A program made the position numbers and the translations under genes. This document shows positions 38,881 to 52,410 of a stretch of DNA of 64,000 nt, piece by piece. Where the stretch lies: assembly GCF_001194135.2 (NCBI RefSeq), contig NC_068981.1, forward strand, positions 53,089,269 to 53,153,268, read 5' to 3'. Origin of the DNA: Octopus bimaculoides. Taxonomy: Eukaryota. The notes under the pieces are model-generated. The model worked only from the letters and a program-made list of their open reading frames with translations, did no database searches and was not told the origin of the DNA. Each line of letters opens with the position of its first letter. Position 1 is the stretch's first letter.

Positions 38881-38992
38881 TATGAAATTTTGCCTCTCTT
38901 GTTTAGATGTCACCCACCAGAGACCACCTCTATTACTATCTATCACTTACTCTCTTGCCACTCTCACCTACCATATATCAACCTTGCTATTA

Positions 38993-39027
<35 letters not shown>

Positions 39028-40249
39028 ATCCATTTCTTTTAATGCCCCATCTTGCTACTCTGTCTCACACATATTCATACTCTTTCATCACTCTCTTGAT
39101 CATGTCTGTCTTGAAAAATACAGTCATCATTGACAGAGATGACCCATTTGTCTTGCAGGAAACAAGGCAACCTCTCTAGTGTTAACCCCATGATAAAATG
39201 CACCCAATACATGGTGCAAAGTGATTGACAAACAATGAAATAGCAATGTAAAGAGGACATAACAACCTTTTATCAGTGACATAACAAGTGCCTGTCATAA
39301 ATTGCATATAACACAGTGTAAAAGAAGTGGTGTTAGGAAACAGCCATAATAGTACCCATGCCAAATCTGGAATGTACACAGCTGAAATGAGAGCCTCTGA
39401 TCCACATAGACAATAGGTAATACTGACTCGGACAATGATAATTTGCAAAGCAGACATGAAAATGTTTAGGAAGTAATGTTTGTAAACCAGTCTGAGAAAA
39501 GTTGCTAAACTTTTTACTTATTATCATAGAAGTAAAGTTGTCATGCAGCATTTGGTTCTCAGGAGTAAATGTTTTCTTTCATTGAATCAAGGATAATTTT
39601 GTTAATAAATTAAGAACTAGTTGGCTAATGTAAAGAAAGAGATTGCCCAAGAAACTGGTTACTAAGAAGTAAATTTAGATTAGAGATATTTACATATAGA
39701 AGACAACACAAACAAATTTGTGTAATTATGAACAAAACTATTTTATTGCATTTTTGTATGAGAAATTAGTTTAGTATCTTTTCTGACACATAATATTTAG
39801 TTGGCTATCGCCACTTTTTGTACCATTTGTTTATACTGCTCAGAATTTGTTCACATAATGTACTGATTAATTGATATTTTCAGCTTAGTGCAATCCAAAA
39901 CAAATTTTGTTTCTCTCTTTTTTTTCTTCTTTCTAGTTAGTTTACATTCAAGAGGAAACGTTCAAATAATTATTCAATGACCATTTGAATCCATTATAAG
40001 TAAATTTGCTTTATATCTTTTATCTTTTGCTTGTTTCAGTCATTAGACTGTGGCCATGCTGGGGCACCACCTTGGAGAAATTTTTAGTCGAATGAATTGA
40101 CTCCAGTACTTATTTTTTTAAAGCCCGGTATTTATTCTATTGGTTGCTTTTGCTGCACTGCTAAGTTATGGGGACATAAACATACCAGCACCAGTTATCA
40201 AGTGGTGGGGGGAAGGACAAACACAGACACTCATACACACATATATGTA

Positions 40250-40720
40250 TGCCTGTATCATTGTGTCAATAGATGGGTGTATGGATGTTTTTGTTTGTTA
40301 GGGGTGGGGGAAACACAAGTTAATCAGCTTATGTGTAATAAGTATCTAAGAGTAGAGTGGTATGCATCAGTAGTATGTTGTCGTAGTGTGTGTCTGTCGT
40401 GTGTTATGGTATATGGATGAGGCTAAATTGTAGCTTACCTGCCTAGGTCTAGTCAGTTAGTAATTGAGGTCACTCTTGAGTGTTTAATGCTGATAGGTGG
40501 TGACTAGTTTGGACTTTTTTTATTGAATAGTGGTTCTTGGACAAATAAGATATGTATGGATATTTTATAATTGTGCATGAATTACAGGGCTTAACTATCG
40601 AAGTGCATATGGTGTGTGGCTGTTTATAGAGTTGCCAAGTGTAGCTGGCAACTGGGAGTAAATGCTTGTGGACATTTCTACGAGACGAGAAACATTTTAT
40701 TAAGGGACTGTAATGAAAAA
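40250..40720 (-). mobile_element. Penelope-like element remnant (GIY-YIG C-terminus)
   Basis: Minus-strand ILFVQEPLFNKKS resembles the LLNKRSE end of Penelope ORFs; frameshifted. Confidence 0.4.
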
Positions 40721-41399
40721 CTAGAAAAACATGAATGTATGAAAAGTTATTAATGTTGGTTTTGTTGTATAAATAATACCTTCTACAATGTGTTTTATTC
40801 CTAAAATTACACTGATAAATCTCTATATGTCTTTTAAAACAAAAGTGCTGGGTTAAAGATAGAGATTAATTTAGGTTTTATTCAAAAGCTGCTTCTTACA
40901 CAGAAAACATAATTTCATTATTTATCAGTAATAAGTATTTTCATTTGTTACTACTATTTCGTGTAACCCTTTTGATACCAAACCATCTGATGCCTCTGGT
41001 TTTATGATATAAATTTCTTGCTTAAATAAAAATATTCCACAAAAAATTTCAGGTTGGTCTATGTTCCAAACGCCAACTTAACAATGACATAGTTATCTCT
41101 CAAAACTCTTCATTATTTTCCAAATCAATCAAAACATAGTGTATTTTAACAAAAATATTGTAACAAAAATATTGTTGATGAAAGTTGAAAAATGTCATAG
41201 CTGTTCACTATTAATAATACTTTAGCACTAGTCACATCATTTTAGGTAAGTCAGTTGTGGTTTTTATTGCTGTAAAATTATTTCTTTTGGCAAGTGTATG
41301 AAAATTACATGCTTATGTTTTTGCATTTTAACTAGAAATATGGTATGTTAAAAACACAGAAGTAGAGCTTGAGGTAATCAGCTTGGGCCACAGTTTGCA

Positions 41400-41630
41400 A
41401 AGATGGCCTGCTAGTGGAATAAATGAAGTTTAATAAAGGAAAGAAAAATCTCCATAAAATACTGAAGAAATGCACACATTTTGATGGAACCTTGGAAAAA
41501 TGGATGCAGGATCATAGGAATGGAATTACTACAAAACTGATAGTTTCAGAAGCAAGATAAACTGGTGGGGTAACACTGGTAGAAGCTTAATGTTTTCATT
41601 TTATGCAACAAAATGGGTTAAATTTGTAGA
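41400..41630 (+). mobile_element. pogo/Tigger-type transposase remnant (CENP-B-like HTH)
   Basis: LEKWMQDHRNGITTKLIVSEAR...CFHFMQQNGL. Confidence 0.5.
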
Positions 41631-44600
41631 TAACTAACCCGACTTGAAAAATTTATGTTGAGTTTGAACTGAAAAATAGTTGCTTGGGATGTTGAATCAG
41701 AGCTATCTTTTCTTAGAATTGTGTTTCTAAAATTTAGTTGTATTTTCCTCTTGAAAATCAATGTTCAAAAAGTTCTTGGAAATGTTTAAAATACAAGTTT
41801 AAACTGGTATCCATATTGTTATTTATTTAAATGTCCACATTTCTATACATTTGTTTGATTGATACATAGAATTCTTTCCTATGGGAAATATTTGAGATAA
41901 GTTATGTCAATTCAGCTAATTATTTTGTATTATCTTTTAAACATAATAGTGCATATTTAGGAAAAATATCTAGACTGTTGCCATTAATGTACATATTGTA
42001 TAAACATGTTATAGGGTCAGATTTTAATATTGTTGATGATGATGATGATGACGACGACGACGGCGACGGTGACGACAACGACAGTGACGACGACAAGGGG
42101 GGAGAGAAATGGCAGAAGCCAAACAGTATTTAGTTTCGTCACTTAGTTGAAATCCTACCAGGATTGATTTTCCTCCTATTCATCATGTTGGGGTTGATAA
42201 ATCGAAGTAGTAGGCATGCAGTTCATGTTATTGCTTCTCCAAGTGGTCAGTGCTCAAATCAGTTTCTTGAAGCGAAATGGTATATGTTCTACACTAGCTT
42301 GCAATAAGGTTTTACATTCACTGCTCATCCATCTCTCTCTCAGATATAATATCACCTTTCAAAGTATACTTTATCTCTTGCATAGACAAGGAATCCTTTT
42401 GCTATCTGTTATTCTGTTTGTCTCTCCCACCATGACTACAATGGCCTCTGAACTAGACCCCTGCTTCCATTATCTATCTGGCCTGCTTCACACACTTGCC
42501 AGTTCTTGTCTTAACACACTCCCATTGTGTTTCACCTTCTAAATTACCACCACCACCACCACCAGCAACAACTAAATACTTTGCCTAATCCTCCTCCTGA
42601 GCATCTATCTGGATTTACCTTCCTGCCCACATCTTTCTTGTAGATGTTGACCTGCAGATGTTCAAACTGAACATTCAACTACATCATTCTCACTAGTCTG
42701 GGAGGTTATGCAAAGGTCATATGTACTCCCCCTCTTCCTCTGATTAACTTATACAAAAGAAATCCATGAAATTATTGGCCTGTGCTGATAAAATGTTAGC
42801 TTTTCCACTGATATTTCTGTTTCAGTCATTTGACATTTAACAGATTTTTAAATGTTACATCTGAAAAAAGTATTAGCTTACACATTGTAAGAAAAAAAAT
42901 TCAGTGATAGAGATGTTTGACACCTCTCACTTGCATTGTGTTATAATTTTACAGGAAAAAAAAATTTGATTTGTATTTATTTTTTAACTGAAAAAAATAG
43001 TTAAGGAAATAAACATGTTATTAGGAATGAGATACAAGCAAAACAAAGTAACCAGTTTTTGACAGTGCTATGGTACGAACAGAACATTTTTATAAACAGC
43101 ATTCAAAATGGATCTAAGTTAATGAGGACTATATTTTAACTTTAGATATATGTTTGTTGTTTATGCATCAACCTGAACTTTATTACTTATTTAATGATCT
43201 TATATTTTGGTAACTGCTGCCATATTTGGCTAGATGTCAAGGATGCACCAAAGATGTTGGGGAAGTCATTTCCTTAGTCCAGTGTAACTGGATGAAGCTG
43301 GATAGAATGTGGAATTTTCTTTTTCCCTTTGAAATATTGGTTGTTATATCTATATAGTGTCTCACATAATGCAATTGGATGGTGTGAGGATGGCTCTCAG
43401 CCTCTGAGAGATAGAATCTTCCTAATGTGCAGTTAATGGAATTTTGACATAGATTATGGTATGGAAACTGTAGGCGCATGTTTGTGGTTGAACAAAATTG
43501 CCTTGCAACATTTTTGGCATTTTGTATTTTGCATTCAATTTGTACCTATGAATTAAAATCCAATAACCGTGTAAATTACTCCTCAAACACTGAAAGAAAC
43601 ATCAAAATGGACTAATAACAGATTACAGCAATGCCATTTCTCTTCAGACCTTAAGACAGTCATGTCATGGAAGCAGGAGCTCTAAAGACCAAGCATTGTT
43701 GGGATCAAATTTGTAACTCTTTCTCCACACTAACCAAATCTACTAACAAACAGATCAAGATTTTCAGAAATCATGGAAACATCCCAGATGAGGAAATGCT
43801 ACTGCTGTTGGCAACTTCTTCAACCAAATGTTTTATTTTACTACTGGGTTTTAATGTAAACCATCTGTTTCTACTATTATAAAAACTTTTGACTACAATA
43901 AGATTGTTTTTGTTCTACTAAATATATTTCCAAATAATTCAAAATTAATTTTTACTTAATGTCTAGTGTATTGTTTTGCACTAAGCTATCACATTGGTAT
44001 AGACTCTTTATTTTATATGAATTAATCAATATTGATATGAGAATAAAGACACGTTATTATATGAATGATGCCTCAACTAGTTCATTCAAACAGCTGAAAT
44101 ATTTTTTTGTAACATGAATATTAGAATTTGACATGAATTACAATATAGATAGGCTTCAGTTTTGAATCAGTGTGACTACCTTTTTATTCCACTGGTGCAT
44201 TAATGAATAATTTCCTAACCAGTTGAACAGCTCTCTTTTCTATCTAGTTAAACAACTTCCTCATGAAGAGAAACTGTTTGATTTTGAATTAATCTTAGTG
44301 AAAAATTACAAGAGAATTTGTGCCACCTATTTATTTCTGCATGGCCATATAATTAAAGATATAATTTTATAATGAGATATGATTCATAATAGATGTATGT
44401 ATCATACTTTCAAGTTATTTTTTTAAATATTGTTTTAATCATTGTACCAATAATCATTAATTTTGCTGTACAAAAAGATAGCATTGTGACTTTCTGGGTA
44501 AATATACTCTTATTTTATAACATCAAAATTTATAGAGATTTCATAATTATCTTTTCCAACCATCTAATAAGAATTCGATTCTGTTTGTCTCATGATAACA

Positions 44601-45264
44601 CCATCAAGGTCTAATTATCCTAACAGTAATGTTTTCTTTCTTTGTTTGTTTTTTTTTTTTGTAGTGGTGGTGGGAGGTTTGCTTTCAGTATCATGAACAG
44701 CTCATGCAACCTTTCTGATAACACTGTCCAGAAAGATAGGTTACTTGTTGATTTAATTAGGGTAGGAGAACTTGTGCTCTCTAGGCCCTAAATTGCTACC
44801 TAATGGAAAAAATTTAGATTTTGCATGAAATACATTTTTCTTGATCACATTGTATTACATTTATTCTAATGTTCTTAAATTGTCGCAAAAATATTTACAT
44901 TAACAAATTTACATTTTTATTTCTTATGTTGATATTTATAATTACATTTTTGCAATAAATGTAATTTTACATTTTTACAATTTAAGTTAAACATACTGTA
45001 AATTTACAGTGACTTTCAAAATCTAATTTGCATTCATTGTGATTTCCATCTCCATTTTCAACTCTGTTCAGTTCTTTGTCATTTCCAGTCTACATAAAAA
45101 TAACATACAGATGAGTCTTCATTATTTTTGCATTGCTGTTAATTTCTTTAGTTTTTGCTCTTGTTATTGTTTATTTATCATAGGTATTTTGTATTTGTAT
45201 GCAATTAAGAATTGCTTTTTTGTGTTGTTGTTGTTATTGCTGTTCGTGTTTGTGTGTGTAGTTG

Positions 45265-45470
45265 GTATAGGTATGTGATGCATATGGATTACAAGAGTTG
45301 CATAAAAAGTGCTGAGTGCTCAAAGTGGATGGTGCCTGTGAGAGAGGAAGACCGAGAAAGACATAGGCTGAAGCTGCGAAAACTGATCTGAAGGTGCTGA
45401 GCCTCACAAAAGAGATGACAAGTAACTGTGATAATTGATAACACGGTGTACTGGAGAAAACTTGCACTTT
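45265..45470 (+). mobile_element. RTE LINE C-terminal fragment
   Basis: LKVDGACERGRPRKT...TDLKVLSLTKEM. Confidence 0.7.
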
Positions 45471-46679
45471 TGGGCAAGTATTTCAGAGATAATGCGATTG
45501 AAGAGTGTGTTGATGGCTGGGATATTCTTGTTGCCTTCACCCACTGCTCTCCCCTGTCTCTCTTTTACTCTTTTCTCTTTAGCATCCCTGCCCCTTAGGA
45601 TGATTTCAGTGCATTCATCCTCAACTCTCTACTCACCTTTATTGTACCCTCCTCCCTTTTCTATCTAGGCTTCTTTTTTTTTTTTTTTTTTTTTTTTTTG
45701 CTCATTGTTCTCCCTGCATTTACCTACTGTTCCACTCTGCTCTTACTGTCTTTTCTCCACAGCCTGCCTGAGGTATTTTCTTTCCCTCCTTACTTTTGCT
45801 GCATTCACTCACTGCTCTCCCCACCCACACCTCTGCCTCTCCTTTTTTCATTGTCCTAATCTAACACCATCATTTCAACATGCATCTCTCCTCTAGCCTA
45901 CTTCTATGGCCCCCACCCACCGCCGTTACCACTCCTCCACTAATCCTTGAATTCTCATCTTTTCTTCTCTTTCATGTTACCTTCTCATCTCACCTTCTGC
46001 TCATACTTGCCCTTGTTATGTGGTATAACACTATATCCCTTCTACACAACCCAACTCATCACCCTTACTAAGCTCTCTCTCTCTCTCTCTCTCACTAATC
46101 TGGACACTAATCCCTTCCTTCTTTTCCCTGTCCCTTTCATACTTTCTCCTCCAACAGTGTCTACTCTGTTATTTCCTCCATTAACACCCTATCACAACTG
46201 TAAGTCTGCATCTCATCATACTTAACTCCCTCTCTCATCACCTTGCCTAACATCATCACTTTCTCCTATTTCTCTTTCAGTTGAGGGACCCTCTAGACTC
46301 TAGTCTTACAAATTGCTAAGGCAATTACTCTAATGCTGGTGCCATAAAATAAAGCAACCAGTACACTTTGTAAAGTGGTTGGCATTAGAAATGGAATCCA
46401 GTGTAAAAATCATACTGTATCAGAAATATTGGAGAAGGATACTGTCCATCATCATTGATTTAGTTGTATCATGCAAGCCATGTCAGCGTAGAAATATGCA
46501 TAAAATGATAAGCATTTAGGTGTGGATATGTGGTAAGAAGTTTACTTTTTGACCACATGGCGCCAGGTTCAGTCCTACCACATTACACCTTGGGCAAGTG
46601 CCTTCTACTATAGCTTCAGGCCAACAAAAGCTTTGTGAGTGGATTTGGTAGATGGAAACTGAAAGAAACCTGCTGTGTA

Positions 46680-46727
<48 letters not shown>

Positions 46728-47199
46728 TGTGTGTGTATGTATATATATGTGTGTATGTTGTCCCCCTCACCATCACTTGACAATTGATGCTGGTGCGTTT
46801 ATGTACCCGGAACTTGGTAGTTCAGCAAAAGAGACTGATAAGTCCAGGGGGCAATTTCTTCAACTAAAACCCTTTAAGGTGGTGCTCTAGCAAGGCTACA
46901 GTCAAATTACTGAAACAAGTAAAACAATGAATATATATATCTTCATAGAATATGCTATGTGTATTTGTATATATGATTTTTTTATTTTTGTGAGTAACAA
47001 TTAATGGTTTGATATTGTTGAGTGAGTTCTACTTTATATGATTTTTATCGAAATCATTCAATATGAGCAGGAGTCATTCTGTTACCTTCTTTGCTCAACT
47101 AATGTGTTATGTTCATAAATTACACATCAGTAAATCTAACCAATATATGTATAAGATGTTATGTGTCATCTATATACATTTAATACGCTGTACACACAC

Positions 47200-47231
<32 letters not shown>

Positions 47232-47328
47232 GCATATAGGTGCAGGAGTGACTGTGTGGTAAGAAGCTTAGAAAATAAATGTAACCTGTTTGTAAGATCA
47301 TGTACCCATGTTTTGAATATATATACTT

Positions 47329-47519
47329 ATACGACTTCTCAGCTTTTTGGCTAAGATGAAGATGTAGTATCTGTTCTTATCAGCTTAATATCTGATACAG
47401 TCCCTATTTGGAGCCATCTATATTAAGCTGATTTTTAGAATGATGTGAAGAGTTAGAGGCTTGCGCCACCTTTGCCACTGGTTGGCCTAGTATTGTAGTA
47501 CTTCTGGGATCCAGCCCTT
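47329..47519 (+). pseudogene. U2: Full-length U2 snRNA copy, decayed
   Basis: cttctcagctttttggctaagat, branch-site recognition GTAGTA 47364-47369, stem IIa tatcag/ctgata, Sm-like ATTTTTAG and SL-IV-like tattgtagta. It aligns along its full length with metazoan U2, with CpG-type substitutions. Confidence 0.92.
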
Positions 47520-47522
47520 AAT

Positions 47523-47740
47523 TAAAGCACTCGTGCTGGTGTCACATTAGAAATATTGGTGCTGGTGCCACATAAAAAGCACCCAATCACTGTTGAATGG
47601 TTGGCATTAGGAAGGGCATCCAGCCATAGACCATAGAAACCATGCCAGAACTGACAATGGAACCTGGTGTGACCCTTGACCTTACCAACTCTATCCGACC
47701 CATATCAGCATGGAAAACAGACATTAAATGATGATGATGG
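47523..47740 (+). mobile_element. RTE 3' UTR with (GAT)n tail directly abutting the U2 copy
   Basis: aaagcactcgtgctggtg...ggttggcattaggaagggcatccagcc...catggaaaacagacattaaatgatgatg. Confidence 0.85.
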
Positions 47741-48254
47741 TGTACAACATTTGTGAAATTAGATAGAGCATTTATTGAAGAAAATAACATAATGTAGAAT
47801 AATGAGTGAATCATTGACAACGACATATTGTGCTTTTTGAAAGTAATCAAGCCTGTATATAATATTTGGGGAGTGATACATATAATTTTCTTATTTTCCT
47901 GTTATTGTCACATCTTTATTTACATGCCATTAGCAATTTTTATCATGTACATTTTTTTCAACAATATGTCTTTTTCAATGCTCTAAAGATTCTGCTAGCT
48001 AACTGCTTTTAATAACGATAATCTTTCCTTTATTATCCACAAAGGCTTGAAGAGATAAACAAAATACAGAACTATACATATGCACACATATATTTGCATG
48101 CAAATAAATACCAAATAGATACAAAAATACTGTAATTATAACAAGATATGATTAAAAGAAACTAAATCTAAAAGATTACAGGCTATGTAGAATTATGGCA
48201 CTCCATGACCCTGTTCATTTAACTAGTTCATTAACTCTGCACAAGTATGTATTT

Positions 48255-48996
48255 TTTCAGACATTTGGTGTTGAAAAATGTCATCATTTTCAAAATATTG
48301 GACTGCACTTAAATGTCAAGAAAACCGAATACATGTCTTTCAACCAATCAAATGATGCTGAACTATTTGTTTTGAGCAGTTACAAACTGAATGTTAAAAA
48401 CTTCAAGTACTTAGGTGATTGGGTGAACAGTTCAGAAGCAGACATCAAGATCAGGAAGGCACAATCATTGGACAGCCAGTCACAAACTAAAGAAGGTCTG
48501 GAACTCCAAATTGCCCAAGTGAATCAAAATCAAGTTGTTCATTGCGACTGTTGAATCAGTGCTATTATATGGCAGTGAAATATAGACACTGACAAAGAAA
48601 TTATCAAACTGGCTAGATGGCTGCTACACAAGGATGCTATAAATGGCCCTAAATGTGAAGTGGCAACAACACATGACAAATGAATGCCTTTATGGAGACC
48701 TGCCAAAAGTTAGTGAAAAGATCAGGCAAAGACAGCTACGACTGTCTGGTCACTGTGTTTGCCACCCTGAACTGGAAGCATCCAAATTAGTCTCGTGGAA
48801 CCCACTTCATGATGACATAAGAAGACAAAATTATCGTCATCTTATGTCATCAGGAAAATATCGTCATACCTACATTAACAGCTTCATTGCAGAAACTGGC
48901 CTGGAATGTATCCAGGACCTCAAGGTTGTGATGTTGGACCAAGAAATGTGGCAGGTGAACTTTGTTGCTGTGGTCCAGGTTGGAACCCGGCCATAA
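48255..48996 (+). mobile_element. RTE-clade LINE RT C-terminal fragment (second family, no PHD insert)
   Basis: IGLHLNVKKTEYM...NFKYLG...DIKIRK, then KIRQRQLRLSGHCVCHPE. Confidence 0.85.
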
Positions 48997-50316
48997 TAAT
49001 AAATTTTCAGAGTATTCTGTTTCAAGTTCAGTGTAATGTCTTACTTTTAATTTTACTAAAAATCTATCTTCTCCATGTTTATATACTGGACCTAACTGTT
49101 TTTGTGTTATTCTAACTTCTTCAAAAAGTTTAGAAAACAGCCTCTGCTTCAGCAGTCATTTATTTACATTGTGCAAATTCAAGCAGTTTTTATATCTTTC
49201 ATACTAGCCTTTACTAATCAGAGAAAGTCTTTTCAGTAGAAGTTTAATCTTCCTTCTTCTACAAATTATTTTACAAACTTTTTTTTAAAATGACAAATGT
49301 GCTTATCGGCACATTACATCAAATCTTATCTTTGCTCCATACACTCAAGCTCCATTTCATTTTAAGCATCACATTAAGTCTATGAAAAAATTTAAGTTCA
49401 AGCAATCAGTGAAGTGGCCTCTTGAGCATTTGATTTGATTTCTTCTGTTTTCATGCATTGTTTCTACTAGATAGTACAAGCTTTAATGTTTTGGCAAACC
49501 TCTTAAAACATCATGTCAGTGGTTTTAAAATATCACATTTAATATCCAGTGTAATCCCTTTAGGTTCCACTTCACTCTTGTGCCTTCAGTTACACTTGGT
49601 GGCATTTTTTTTTCTTTGAGATATCTTTAATTGTAGGTAAACCCAGAAGTGGTGCTGATCAACAACTATCCACAACAAATGTGTAGTATATGTAGTAAAA
49701 AGACTAGCACCATGTAAGAATTATTTTGTGAGAGCAAAAGACTGGATTTGGATGTAAGAATGAAAATGAGAAGCTGAAAGTGAGATTGGAGGAACTATAT
49801 TACATTTAGTTGAATGTTGCCAGGTGCATGGACACTTCACCCCTTTCACTTCTGTCTTAAACCATAAGAACTCCACTGTGTGCATACATACATTCATATA
49901 TACACACCATTGTGTTAACATACAACACATATAGCTACAGACATTGCTATTGTACTGATACTTTTATTGTTGTTACCAGTTGGTGGGTTGGTGGTATTGG
50001 TTGTATTGATTTTAGTTTTGGTGATGGTAATGGTGGTAGCAGTGGACATAGTGTTCTTACTATTTGTGGTTGCTGTTTAGCCTCAAATCAATCAACAACT
50101 GAATATCAAAGATATTTCATTCAACTTTTAAAATGCATGAGGATGCCACAATATTTCATGTCATTGTCTTTTATTTTAGACTGAGTTGATTATCTTTTCC
50201 ATACTACTATTGCTGTTGTTGCAAACCATTAAGGTACTGGTGTTGTTGGTAAAGGCAGTTTATTGTAATGGATTTGGTGTTGGTATTGACAAATGGTAGT
50301 GGTGATATATATATAT

Positions 50317-50349
<33 letters not shown>

Positions 50350-50380
50350 TATACATATATATATATACATATATATATAC

Positions 50381-50415
<35 letters not shown>

Positions 50416-51076
50416 CATATATATNNNNNNNNNNNNNNNNNNNNNNNNNNNNNNNNNNNNNNNNNNNNNNNNNNNNNNNNNNNNNNNNNNNNNNNNNNNN
50501 NNNNNNNNNNNNNNNATATATATATATATAACAGCTTTCATGCTGGTGACACATAAAAGCACCTATGCTGGTACTCTTGGAGTGGTTGGCATTAGGAAGG
50601 GCGTCTGGCCATAGAAACCAAGCCAAATTCAGACTGGACCCTGGTATATATATATATATATATATCATCATCATCATCACCATCATTTACAGTCCATGTT
50701 TCATGTTGGTATGGATTGGATGGTTTAACAGGATCCAATATGTCCAAGGACTGCATCAAGTTCCATTGTTGTCTGCTTTGGCACATTTTTTACAGCTGGA
50801 TGCCCTTCCTAATACCAATCACTTTACAGCATGGACTGAGTGCTTCTTCATGTCACCTGCAAGCTTGTTAAACACTCAGCTATGCCTGTGCCTATATACA
50901 TATATAAATATATATATAGATGTGTGTATAGAGTGTTAGGTGTGGTGTACTGAAATTAGAAAAAAGTTCTCAGATTTTTGGAAAAATAATCTTTTTATTT
51001 CTTCATTGTTATTAGTGCTTTTGTTTGTTTCTCAAACTTGTCAAATAGAATTTTGTGTCAAATTCTATATATCAAA

Positions 51077-51214
51077 TTTTCATCATTCCTGTTGCAAACA
51101 AAACATGAGGCATGAGACTACTTAAATATACTTAGGTTTTTGCGAGTGAATATTTTCATATTTATACTACTTCATACGTGCCTCATGTTTTGTTTGCAAC
51201 AGGAATGATGAAAA
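51077..51214. repeat. Perfect 36-bp inverted repeat with 66-nt spacer
   Basis: ttttcatcattcctgttgcaaacaaaacatgaggca (51077-51112) and its exact complement (51179-51214). Confidence 0.95.
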
Positions 51215-52064
51215 ACGAAACTGGTTGACTGAGTATGTAGATTTATTACTGTTCTTATATCCTTTGAGTGGTGGTAAAAGGATTGCTGGAAAAAGGACAA
51301 AAGATGAACTCATTTTGGACACCATCTACTGTTAATGATACAAATGATGATCAGGAAAAATAATACATCCTATGTGCTATGATCTTAAGAAAGAAGGTTT
51401 AATTTTAGAAACTAAGATTAAATCATGAAGTTGATAGGCAGAACAATTTCTCGCACTTTCTTTATTTTTTCTGAAGTCATTAGCCATTGATACAAATTTA
51501 AAACATAGTTTTAAATTAACCATGGGACACTTTATTCATGTGTAACTTTTTAAAATAATAAACAATATAAAAGATGTACATAAAATTTTGGAAGCCACCA
51601 TCAGATAATGTATTTTGAAAGAGTTTGGTATTATGTAGAAACAAACAGAAATAACATTTTAAACAATGAACCACTAGAAATACTTACTAATTTTTTCTAT
51701 TTAAATTATCTAATTCATTACTGGTGTGATGAACTGCTGATTAATATGTACTTATAATCTTAGCTATTTTTTTTTACATACTTGGTGACCACTTACTTTC
51801 CTATATAAACAGCTTTAATATACCATATCAATTTAGTTTTAGCCCAGTTACACCTTGACTGATATTTTCTCTGAATTTCTAACAGCTTTGAGTATTATTA
51901 AATGCTTTCAACACAGTTTATATAATCTAATTTTATGTAAAGTCAAATTGATCTGCAATTCAAAAACATGTTTTTTTTATCTTTTATCTTATCTGTTTGA
52001 TAAGCTTATTTGGCTTTATAATTATTTCTTCTGACTGCTTGTTTAGAGCATTCTTTCGTTTTTA

Positions 52065-52410
52065 CTAGTTGCCAGGTGAAGGCCATCAAGCTCACAATCA
52101 TGAAATAGTGAGTTTGATTCCTGGACCGGGCTGTGTTGTGTTCTTGAGCAAGATACTTTATTTCACATTGCTCCAGTTCACTTAGCTGTTGAAATGAGTT
52201 GTGACATCACTGGTGCCAAGTTATATCAGCCTTTCCCTTTCCCTTGGACAACATTGGTGGCATGGAGAAGTGGGTCTAGTATGTGTGGGCAACTTACTAC
52301 TGATCTTCCATAAACAACCTTGCCCGGACTTCTACCTGAAAGGGAAAATTCCTAGGTGCAATCCCATGGTCATTAATGACCAAAGGGGGTCTTTTTGGAA
52401 AATTATGTAA
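52065..52410 (+). mobile_element. tRNA-derived SINE family D (CORE-like)
   Basis: B-box-like gagtttgattcc, then ttgtgttcttgagcaagatactttatttcacattgctccagttcac. Partial related copies near 53200-53330 and 55880-56100. Confidence 0.65.
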
